A DNA stretch of 64,000 bases, taken from assembly GCF_902459465.1 (NCBI RefSeq), contig NC_047071.1:4774001-4838000 (forward strand). Direction: 5' to 3'. Shown here in pieces: positions 32,579 through 43,716 of the stretch (its first letter is position 1; every line of letters starts with the position of its first letter). A program made the position numbers and the translations under genes. The notes beneath the pieces are model-generated. The model did no database searches. It was not told the DNA's origin and worked only from the letters and a program-made list of their open reading frames with translations. Source of the stretch: Asterias rubens. Its lineage: Eukaryota.

Positions 32579-33221
32579 AGGCAGTGGACACTATTGGTAA
32601 TTGTCACAAATTAGCCTTTACTGTTAGTGTATCTCAACATAATTATGCATAAAATAACAAACCTTTGAAAATTTGAGCTCAATCGGTCATCGAACTTGCG
32701 AGATAATAATGAAAGACAAAAACACCCTTGTCACACATGACCGATTGAGCCTAAATTTTCACAGGTTTGTTATTTTATATATAAGTTGTGATACACGAAG
32801 TGTGGGCCTTGGACAATAATGTTTACCGAAAGTGTCCACTGGCTTTAAGATGGTTTCTGAAGCACTACCAAACGTACACTTTCTCATTCACTGCCTTGCT
32901 AGGTGGCCTTTAAAGACTAATTGTAAAGACTAGCCTTCACAGTTGGTGGATCAAACTTGCGAGATAATAATGAAAGAAAAAAACACCCTTGTCACACAAA
33001 GTTGTGTGCGTTTAGATGGTTGATTTCGAGACCTCAAGTTCTAAATCTGAGGTCTCGAAATCAAATTCGTGGAAAATTACTTTTTCTCGAAAACTATGGC
33101 ACTTCAGAGGGAGCTGTTTCTCACGATGTTTAATACCATCAACCTCTCCCCATTAATCTTCATCAAGAAAGGTTTTATGCTAATAATTATTTTGAGTAAT
33201 TACCAATAGTGTCCACTGCCT
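32579..33221. mobile_element. Composite family-A MITE carrying a templated insertion (family-B end + 61-bp spacer + second family-A end)
   Basis: Outer family-A TIRs with TTAA on both sides; 32737-32913 is an exact reverse complement of 47937-48113. Confidence 0.85.
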
Positions 33222-36109
33222 TTAAAACACCCGACACATACAACATCCCCACCAGTTTCCTCCCACACTTCCAGCCCGTCCCTCGCCACAGCCACCCATT
33301 GACCTTTAGAAACAAGATCGTAAACATATAATTTTTCAAATATCACGTACTGTGAAGTGAAAATTTGGGCAATAAAAATGTCAGACTTACCACAGCAATA
33401 CAGATTTCACAATATATCTTGAGGAATGTAAAGTAAAGTGTTCCATAAAAATAAAGATTCCAGGTAAAGTGCGAACCCAACAAGTCAATCAGTCAACAAT
33501 GACAGGTGTATGAAACTGAAAAGCTAGCCTTGTACCTTGTACAAAAGCATTGGATACTCAAGGCACATGGCAATAGCTGCATGACTCGCCTCAATAATGG
33601 TACGTGTATATGGTTACGATTTATTGACCAAAATTATTATGCATAAGGTGGTACTCGCCGACTTCATGGCAACAGGGACAAGCAAACACTATACCATTGC
33701 CGCCATATTATTATCATCCACGGCATCTTCCAGGATACCACTGGTATGCCGAAATAGACTGGTGCAAGCGGCAGAGGTGAGCTTTCTAACGTATCATCAA
33801 GGAAGCCGCGAACCTTGACCAACGGCTATGGGCGAGGAACAAGGTCAAGTTCAAGTTCATCTCATCATTTTATAGTCGGAGTTACCTATAACTTTGTTGT
33901 TCAATAGGCCAATCGCTATCGCAATCCTTATCCCCGAGGCAAAACCATATCTATGTATTCGGTTTCCTTGTCTAAATTGATATGATCATTCACAGTTTTT
34001 GCATGAATTTTTGTTGCCGTTCAACGGCAGTAGCAACCAACTAGCTCGACTAGCTTGATTAAATCCGAAAATCACCTTAAAATGTATAAAGGTTATGTCA
34101 TGTTTTGTATTAGTCGTAGTAGTTTACATGGCCAAAGTAGCATTCACATCACATATCAATATCGGATCTGGCTATTAGTGTCCTTCGTTAATCACTAATT
34201 CAATATTTGCCCTAGTTTTGACGTCTGTCGTAGTCTACAGTCAAGGCGCACTCTAGATGCAACTGTATTAAACATATAAGATCACGCTTGAATTGAGACT
34301 ACATCAAGGGCAAAATGGCTGTACACATGTTTGATACGTTTTTATACTTGTTATTGGCACACATTTATAATTTTTTTTAAATCATTTACAATACAGTTTA
34401 TTTTGTTGACTTTGTCTGCCCCGGTGTTTTTAGGGTGGGAGTCCGATCATTTTGATAACACTCCACTTGAAGCACTAACACTTTCAAACCAACAGATGGC
34501 GCTAAACCTCCTTGATGAATCTCCCTGTCCTAAAAATAGAAACGGGAGGGACGAACTTTCGTGAGTTTGCTCTATGGATATACACATCTACACAAAACCA
34601 ATAACAAGAGAAAGAAAAAAGGAATTCACTAGTATTCACGTCTTGTGCTAATTGACTTGGTGGCATTTAGTCGTAGATGGCTCATGCTAATTCGTAGATA
34701 TGAGATATAAATCATAATATAGGACTTGCACTAAGGTATACTATAGCTGTTTGTTCTAAATTTTCCTTTTAACCTTTTCAAGAGCAATACAACACTTATA
34801 TAAAACAGCTTGGTTCGTATTTAACAAGCTTATTCAAGATTGGCTGAAGTAAAGCCATCCTCAATACAGGCAAACATTTGATATAGCGCCCTCTATCTGT
34901 CAGTGACCACATTCATTTGATCTTACGATTTTGTGATTTAGGCAGGAAAACAACCAACGTCTCAAAGCTTCTTAAGTTATGGTTTCATGAAAGTTGGGTA
35001 GGCCTTGTTCAACGTCGATTTAATGGTGACTATGATAAGACTGAAAGAGAGCCCAACGTGGGATATTGTTTGTCCCTGATGTTTGGGTAAACCCCGAGTT
35101 AAAAGATTGCAATTTGTGATAAAGCATGACTCATGAATATTTCCCATTGTGCAATTTCTCCCTTACCCTTTATTTTCAATTACGCCAAAACAAGATCAAC
35201 CTGTTCAAGCGTGTATCCGTACGTGTTTTATAACTTGACAATGGATTTTGATTGGCCGAAAGTCTGTCAATTTGCAGAGTCTATTATAGTCTTCGTATGT
35301 ACGTTTATGCATTGAATCCAGTTTAGTTTTTGCACGCAGTTAGCAAAAGATAACGCTTGAACTCATGTCAAACGTCTTGATACGCAAGCGAAACGTCTCG
35401 ATCCTAGGCTAACGAATAAAGCCCCGCCCATCGTCCATCGCGCAGATAATTGACTCTCCTGTTGACGTCCGTGTTGGGAATTCCGATTCTTGATTGAGAA
35501 AGAAAGAAAGAAAGAACACATTGTCAGAAAGTTTCCCCTCATATTGAGGTTTCAGATCGGTGCTGAACTCTTGAAGAAGGTTAGTAGATGATTGTTGTCG
35601 ACATAATCGAAATTAATGTCACCTACAGAAACGAAGTTTGTTTTCCAAGCGAGGGTCGGAGACTTGCGTCCGAAAACTGGGCAATGTTTACCCGTATGTT
35701 TGTGTCAAGTTGGAGTTGCTCCTCCTAGCTTGATGCACCCAGTGAAATAATGGCAGACAAATCATAAAATATTATAAAGGTTTGGGGGAATTTAATTTGT
35801 GCACGTCCTGTCAAAAGCTACTAATAAACTGCCATCTACTTATTAATAAAAATATAAAAAAGGTTTTATCTATTGATTTTGCACAGGCCAGTTGACAGAC
35901 ATGACATTGACAGAGGCAAGTCAAGTGTGCACTGTCAAAACAACTTGCCCAATAAATAAAATTTAAATGTAGTTTTTGAAATTTTGAATTGATATTAATT
36001 ATATGAATTTATCCGCTAAAGAGCAGTTTCCCAGAGAGGGACATTTGGCAAAACGTACTTTCCTAGTAGGTAAATCTCAACTACTTCTAGAAACTATTTA
36101 ATAAGGCTC

Positions 36110-36422
36110 CAGGCCTGGAATTATATATATAGACCTTTTCGCAAATACCATTGCGCAAGCGCAGACTGTTGAATGAGGTACATTGTGGGATAGATATGGA
36201 TCAAATTTGATCACCAGCTAGACCACAATGCACCTAATTCCAAGCTTCATGCGCATGCCCCAATATTTGCGAAAAGGTCTACGCAGACCATGGCCTCCAT
36301 TGCCCCTAGTCTTGGCCTTGGTGCTCCTTCAAAGTTTCCCTTGACTGTTAGATTTTCCAATGGAAGTGCCCTTTGCAAACTGAAAATGGCCTTGCCCTAT
36401 TAAAGATGAAATTCCAGGCCTG
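36110..36422. mobile_element. CAGGCCTGGAATT-TIR element with 6-bp TSD (AGGCTC), hosting a nested TAGACCTTTTCGCAAATA-TIR MITE at 36130-36281
   Basis: AGGCTC|CAGGCCTGGAATT...AATTCCAGGCCTG|AGGCTC; the inner element has perfect 18-bp TIRs. Confidence 0.75.
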
Positions 36423-37671
36423 AGGCTCCTGGCTCATGGGGGAGCCGTAAGTTTCAGGGAGAAATACATCTCAACCAGTTTATAGCCTGTAGAATAGTTG
36501 AAGAAAAATACAGGAAGCTGAGCTATCACGTTCTAACTCTCGCCTCATCCTAAACAGAAATGTTGCTCAATTTTGTTTAGATTAGCTCCCTAGTCAGTTC
36601 CCCACCTGTCACATGACATTCACTAATAACAAATGACGCGTTTTGCCAAGTACCCAACGGCATACTAAAGACCGCACTGCATGACATGCTTACTCTACCC
36701 GCATGCACCACGTTTTTTTTTCAACAAGCACCCACTTAAGAACTGAGTTGGTTTGTTTTCATAGGGCATTTTTTTCAACAGGAAGGTACTGGGACAGAAG
36801 TGGAAATTGTTTTTAATCATTATAATTGGGGGTATGTGTTGACGTGATACTACCCACTGTGCCTGTATGGGAGGCAGTAACTCTTGTTTTGCTAACGGAC
36901 AAAAAGATTGCCACTTAACACTTACAAGATATTGAGATACTCTCCCATAGTGGTAATAGTTACACCAAGGACGAGGAGAAATGGATGGAATTTTATCAAA
37001 GAACTCACTGAGAAACATTTTTCAAATTCTAGGTGTAATTTTGTACCGTACTGTAGACAAATGCGGGAATGAAGCTCTTTTATTGAGTAAAATAAAACAC
37101 ATATCTTACCGTTTGTTCACCTTTGATTGAGAAGAAATTTTTCCCAAAGTATTTCACAGAGAAGAATTTTTATTAAAAAAATGGCAAAATCAGTGGTGAA
37201 AGTGGAAGCTTGCAAAATTTTGTGAACAATATACATAAAAAATTAATAACAGAAACAATTAAAGCAAAACCCAACTTCTTTTTTAAAGCCTTAAACCTCT
37301 ATCATGTGGTGAGACAACATTTATTTATTCATTGTAATGTTTATTTCTCTTATCAATGCAAGCCCCACTCATTCCATTTAAGCAAAACATAGAGTATTTG
37401 TGTAATAGGCCTATATGATATTTTCACGCCACTGCTGATTCTTGGGAAAGTGACATGGGGTAAAGAGCCCCCTAGCAAGAGATCAACTGATGCCAACACC
37501 TGTGTAAGATCGCTGTGTTGAGTCAAGTATAAAATGATTGCACAGCTTCCTTTCAAGTGCCTCAAATGATGTAGTTATAACAGTAATCTAATTTTGCTCA
37601 AAGATGCAATGTTAAAGTAAGATTCTCTTTAAAGAACTTTTTTTCCTTCAAAAAGGCCTCAAAATGCCCAC

Positions 37672-37920
37672 TTGCTGTGGTGCCCTGTGCTTTTGCTGTG
37701 GTGCCCTGTGCTTTTGCTGTGGTGCCCTGTGCTTTTGCTGTGGTGCCCTGTGCTTTTGCTGTGGTGCCCTGTGCTTTTGCTGTGGTGCCCTGTGCTTTTG
37801 CTGTGGTGCCCTGTGCTTTTGCTGTGGTGCCCTGTGCTTTTGCTGAGGTGCCCTGTGCTTTTGCTGTGGTGCCCTGTGCTTTTGATGTGGTGCCCTGTGC
37901 TTTTGCTGTGGTGCCCTGTC
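37672..37920. repeat. 21-bp minisatellite (GCTGTGGTGCCCTGTGCTTTT), about 12 copies
   Basis: Read directly; it explains the 7-aa periodic ORFs in several frames. Confidence 0.95.
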
Positions 37921-40900
37921 CACGAGTCCTGTACAAATTAACATTTTCTTCATAGAGGTGCCCCTTACCTTAGGGAAATTTGCTGTGCCCCTTCAAGTCA
38001 AGAGAGAAGTTCAAGGGCTGGAAACTGTGATTCAATTTATCACTTAAAGACTTGCACCAATAAAACTGTCAAAGTGACATTTTTGTGCAGAACTTATAGG
38101 CCTATAACTTGTATTCAACTTATTACTTAATGACTTACACAAACAAACCTTTCACGAGAAACACTAATAGACCGTATTGAGTATGACGTCACGCGGCTCA
38201 AATATCTGACCTACAAGATGGTGCGTGTGCGTGCGTGTGTGGGTGCATGTGTCTTAGAAATCAAACCGGGAATGACGCACATGCGTCTTGCCCTACAAGA
38301 TGGCGACTTTTCATAGCAAATTGTGAAACTGTATTCTAAGGATTGATTGCTAGAAACCTTTGTTCAAATTTGGAAATAAAACCTTTCGAGAGAGACTCTG
38401 CTAAGGTAAAAACATCCGTCCAGCCACTTACTATTTTTGCAAAACCCAAACTAGTCAAAGTTCAGATATCTTGTGTGAAATTACTTGCAGTTTTAAGTGA
38501 CCATCATCCTTGACCCCTGGCCTGAGTATGGCTACTGTGACCGCACTGACCATGACCTTGTTAAACCAATTACTCTCGCCTACTTCCAGCTGCCCTTAAG
38601 GCATGATGCACAAATCTTAAGATGATCCTCTACAGACATGACCTATCTTGAGGACATCTTCTAAGGTGCCCATACAAGACTTCTCAAAAGGAGAGGCATC
38701 TAACCTGGTGGTCTTGAAGCTTATCACCTGCTACTTGTGGTTTAAGTGTTCAGACCCAGCACTCCAGGCTGTTTGTGGTTGAGACTGAAATCAAACACAA
38801 GAAGTGGCAATGAATGTGGTTTTTTATGTTATGAAGTAGCCCCTTTTTTGGGAAAAACAACTTTAAACAGTTAATGTAATAAGGAATTCAAATTAAACTC
38901 ATTTAATATTGATAAGTTGGTCATTTAAAACATTATAGTGTATCTGCCTTTTTTGATGAGAAGATGTGAAGGTGTCAAGTTATACAGAAAAGAAACCATT
39001 TATCTGTAATATTTTGTTCCCTTTCCCTTTTTTATTAGTTTTGCAGGAGATATCAACAAATGAAATGTTGAAACATTGTAGCTCACTTTTTGAAATGGCT
39101 CTGACCTTTCGAAAGGTCAAACCTCACTACCATTGAAGTTTTTTGAATGATGACCAAACATTACGTGTTTATTTTACCACAATAGGAGGCACTTCAGAAG
39201 AGGTGTTTGCTTCCCTGAGTTATTGAATCAATAGAAGACATCTATACCTTGACCAGCTGGTGAACTTTGTCTCAAGTACTCAAGATGATGATGAGGACAT
39301 TACTTGAGAAATCTCAAGTTGAATTGAGACGTAAGTAAACGAGTTGTCATTACAACATCTTTAACTGATTCAAACTGATTGTACTGATTGTATGATGGCA
39401 TCATTGTAGAAAAGAATACATTGGTGTTTATTGAACTTAGAGTCTCAAGAATGTAGCTTTGAGCATGTGAATATGTGGATTGTTCATAAGAAAATAAAGT
39501 AGGTCCTTTCACCTCTGCAAACTGGACTTAAGTTTGTCTTTTTGCAGATTTATGAAGGAATGCTTTATTATGCTTTTGTAAACCACTGTTGGCTCAACAG
39601 TGTAAATTACTAATGGAACACCAAAATGGGTAACAATATATGAGTTTTATTTGAAGATGCTGAATCATTGTGTGATTGGCCTAGCCATCCCACCATATTT
39701 CAATATTTTGTGTGCACTTAAAAGTAACTTTGTTTGAGTTGTTCCCAATGTATGTAGTCGTCTTGCTTCTTGTGATATATTGTTTGCTAATGATCAAAGT
39801 TAGGTCAGAAAGTTGAGCTGTCTTATTGTGAGGTTGAACCATGGATATGATCTACGATGAGTTATGTTGACTTCCCTAACCTACCGCTTAGAACCTTTCA
39901 TATTAATCCCTTAATCCGTACTCAACACCTGTCATGGAATAAAATAAACTAAATGCTTAGATTCTACTTTGATCTATAGCAGTTTCCTCAAGGTTGTTGA
40001 CAAGCTCCTTGAGAGCAGGATGCTTCCTTTCAACATTGCCGTCAAATGCTCATAAATAACCTACTATGTACATTGTTCAATGTTGAAGTTCAAGTGCACT
40101 TAACCCATTGGTCCAAATAGGAGTCTCTAGAGATTCGGGGTTTTGAAGCTCGTCTTAAAGTCTATTTTCATAATCTCCTGGGTGGACAAACTTTATAATG
40201 GATCAAATGTTCAACAAATAGAAATCTTGCCATCTTAAGAAATATTAAAATTGATGAGCGACAAAGTTAAGTCCTTTAGGGAGCTGTTTGTATCACATCA
40301 CAAAATATAATCTTTATTTATAAATAATAAAAAAGGGGCTTTTATCATTCCTAACTAATGTTGGCTCCACGGGACTGGGGGAGGATCAGTTCCCAGATAA
40401 ATATTCGACTTCCTTTCTTTCCTTGCGATTGTTTTCATCACAGGATTTTTGCCCTAAGGTGTTGATCCAAAACTAACACAGCAAAGTAGTTTCCTTGCCC
40501 CAGGGTGGACCAGTTAGCGAAGCGAGGGTACCTTCAGGTACCTTTTTTTTTTTTTTTTTTTTTTTTACAGGAATGAAAGTTCTTTGTGGTCTGAATGTAA
40601 ATCAAAAACTTGAAATTGAGCCAAAACCTTTGTTTAAATAAGGGCATGCAATGTCTCAGCTGATCAGCTGATTTTTTCTATTTTTTTTACCATGGAAAAC
40701 TGAAGACACTGTACAGTTTTATGAGCCTCGCAGTTTCTTCTGTTAGTTATATAAGTCGCATTTTTATGCCTGAAATTAACAATGTGGAAACTCCTTCATG
40801 AATCCAAATGAAGTAAACGTTTGAAGGAAATGTTACTTGTTTGAGTTGAGGAAGACACTTTGACCACATATTGTGTAAATTAAAGAGGGAGATTGCCTTG

Positions 40901-41107
40901 ACTGGTCAGATGAAGTTACTTGAAGAGGTTCTGTTAATTGTCACTATTTCATGGCCCTTTGAGGAGAAAAGACGTATTAGACAAAGCAATTTAGGAAAGT
41001 ATTTGCCTATTGGACTTTGATGGATCTCATGTAGCACTGCTATCTGTCCAACAGTAATTGTGAGTTATTGAGTAATTGTATAATCCTGAGGTTGTTCAAC
41101 TTCTCTC

Positions 41108-41457
41108 TGTCGCTGAGTTGTACTTTCAGTCAACTTTCTTTGTCATTGACCTCTAGTTAATGTCACTTGCTTTGTAAACCTTTGAGAGATTGCCTGCCTT
41201 TTACTACCCCAGTTGGGAGATGTTTTAGTGACTCACGTTCTAAGTCTTGTTTGAGAGTTTCTTGTGGAAAACTTTAAAACAAAAACTGACTTGTCGCTGA
41301 GTTGTACTTTGAGTCAACTTTCTTTGTCATTGACCTCTAGGCAATGTCACTTGCTTTGTAAACCTTTGGGAGATTGCCTGCCTTATAATACCTCAGTTGG
41401 GAGTTTTAGTGTCTCAAGTTGTTTTTCGTGTTTAAGTCTTGTTTGAGAGTTTCTTGT
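41108..41457. repeat. Tandem duplication with a period of about 184 bp
   Basis: TGTCGCTGAGTTGTACTTT...GTCTTGTTTGAGAGTTTCTTGT begins at 41108 and again at 41292, with substitutions and indels. Confidence 0.9.
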
Positions 41458-42537
41458 ACCCTGATTAGGACAGTGAGTATCTGTTGAGTGTGGGGAATAC
41501 TAAACAATCTGAAGTTGTGGTCAGAAAATTGTGATGTGTCTTGGTCAAAGGGTCAAGTGCTCAGGTGCCAAGCTCTGTAGTTTCTGATCAGCAGAGTCTG
41601 GGTTTGAATCCCGGTCTTGACACTGGCTGTGGTCCAGAAATCAAAAGGAAAATGTTGGCTCACAACCCCAATTCTCATCTGCTATTGTCTCATCTGTCTT
41701 GATATTGGAGAAATAAACAATAATCCTATAATCCTGATTTAAGTGGTTTCTGCTTCTGAGGATACAAGAAGAATATTTCAAAGAGGCGATATTCTATCAA
41801 GATTTGGACCAATCTCCTGATTGGGATACAATTATTCACAAACCTGTGATGTCAATGGAAACTTTAAGTAACAGCCCTAAGCTGTCTAGAGAAAGACTCA
41901 CTGTGTGTGGTAAGGACTCTAGGGAAAGTCTTGGGCCCCAGTCCAACCTGTGCTTCATCACTGTCAATAACTAGTTGTGTGAAATTAATGAGCTTGGTGG
42001 TGGAATTGGGGGCTGAAATAGTTGTCCATTACTTGTTTTTGTTTTTACCAATAATAGAGGTTTACTTCACTAACTAGAATCAACCACACTTTAATATCCA
42101 TGCTTCACTTGCATGAGACTTTGCTTATCTTGCCTTTCAATAACTTGAGTAAGATTTGGAAACATTCAACAGGTAAATGTGTATTAAGGAAAACCAGTGT
42201 GATACCATTAAAATACATACTATCTAAACAAATTCAGCTCATATTTCTTTGGGCGGGGATCGCATTAAAATAATCAAGTGTTGGTTCAACCAGTCCTACC
42301 AGTTATCGTTTCTTGATCATCTCCTGTGAAACTTTTCAAGTCTTCAAAGAATTGTTTAGGGGTGTTTTAACGCTACATTCAAAGTGTAGACCCAAGAACA
42401 AAAAGAAGTTCACATAATGTGTAGGGGCTTAAAACACTATGTGGATATAAATGTGTCCACACAGTGTTGTTTACAGTGTTGAAGAATAGGGTTTTCCTCA
42501 AGTGTGCTGAACAAGGAGTGAGCTCTGTCACCCCCTT

Positions 42538-42878
42538 CCTTGGCGGAGTGGTTAAGAGCATCGAATTCAAGTTCTGGTGCGAATTCACAGGAGTGTGGGT
42601 TCGAATCCCGGTCGTGACACTTGTGTCCTTGAGCAAGATACTTTACTATAATTGCTTCTCTTCACCCAGGGGAAAAAATGGGTACCTGCGAGGGTAGAGG
42701 TTGAAATTGTGAATGAAAAAGCCTTTGGAGCGATATGAACTGTTGCCCAGATTGTATACTCCCAAGGGAGCTGAGAAACATTAAAAAAGGGATGTTATTG
42801 GCCCTATGACCAGGGCATTAATGTAAAGCGCATTGCTACGGTTATTGTGAAATGCGCTATATATAAGAATTGGTTATT
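42538..42878 (+). mobile_element. tRNA-derived SINE
   Basis: A box TGGCGGAGTGG, B box GGTTCGAATCC, GACACTTGTGTCCTTGAGCAAG, CTTCACCCAGG..AAATGGGTACC, and a tail GCGCTATATATAAGAATTGGTTATT. A truncated head of the same type lies at about 41550-41625. Confidence 0.8.
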
Positions 42879-43585
42879 TGATGCCTGTTATAGTGTAGTT
42901 AACCCTCCTGTGCCGTGCACCAACCTATTCCACTCGCCTGTTTTACAAAAACCGACCCAATCCAGAAGTTGTGTAATTAGTCACGACTCACGATCTTACC
43001 CTAACTCCCAATAACCTTGGATAGAGCTTGTATACTAGGATGTTAATAAAGCATGTGATTCTTGGGTGAATTATATCCTGTAATTTCCTGGGATTTGCTG
43101 CAATCCCTGTTAACCACCGCTGTCCTTGCTCCAGAGGAGATGCTAAGATGTTAAGTGCTCTTGAAGGAGCTGGATTATCTGAAGAGGATGGTATTTCATG
43201 TCTGAAGTCGCCCCCATCAAGCTGAAATGTCAGGAGTATGTAGCAATGTTGAGGGTGTCTTGTGAAATCAGTTGCTTGGGGCATAGAGCTTGGGGCTTGT
43301 GGTTGTATTGCCTTTACCATACTCAAACTATGAAACGTTAAAATTGAACTTTCATTCACAGTAAACTTTTTATTGGAATGTATAGATTATTCTGACACAT
43401 TTTCATACAGCTTCACTTGCACTTGAAATTTGTTCTAGAAGGGTCACCAAAATTTTCCCTCTGCTGGTAAGGGGTACTTTGCAAAGGGCACCACAGCAGA
43501 AGCAATAGGGCACCAAGGCATTTGCTGTGTGCTGTGGGTTATTTCGAGGCCTGCACTGTTTTGTACTAGGTTGCAGGGGAAGATA

Positions 43586-43716
43586 ATTCATTTCTCAAAA
43601 ACTACAACACCTCAGTAAGTAATATTTGAAGGGAAGCTTTCCACTATCATTATCTTCAAACCCTGTAAAGTTTAATGTAAATCTATGGACATTTTGAAAA
43701 GGTACCCAAATCCTTT
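43586..43716. mobile_element. Half copy of the fold-back element at 56337-56690
   Basis: CATTTCTCAAAAACTACA.CACCTCAGTAAGTAATATTTGAAG...GTACCCAAAT is shared with 56567-56690. Confidence 0.75.

Noticed and set aside
37598-37955. Five overlapping ORFs with 7-aa periodicity
   Set aside because: They are by-products of a stop-free 21-bp minisatellite; no splice or start context.
42988-43359. Possible LINE endonuclease relic (…GGDFR…)
   Set aside because: Only a faint motif resemblance; cannot be supported without a profile search.
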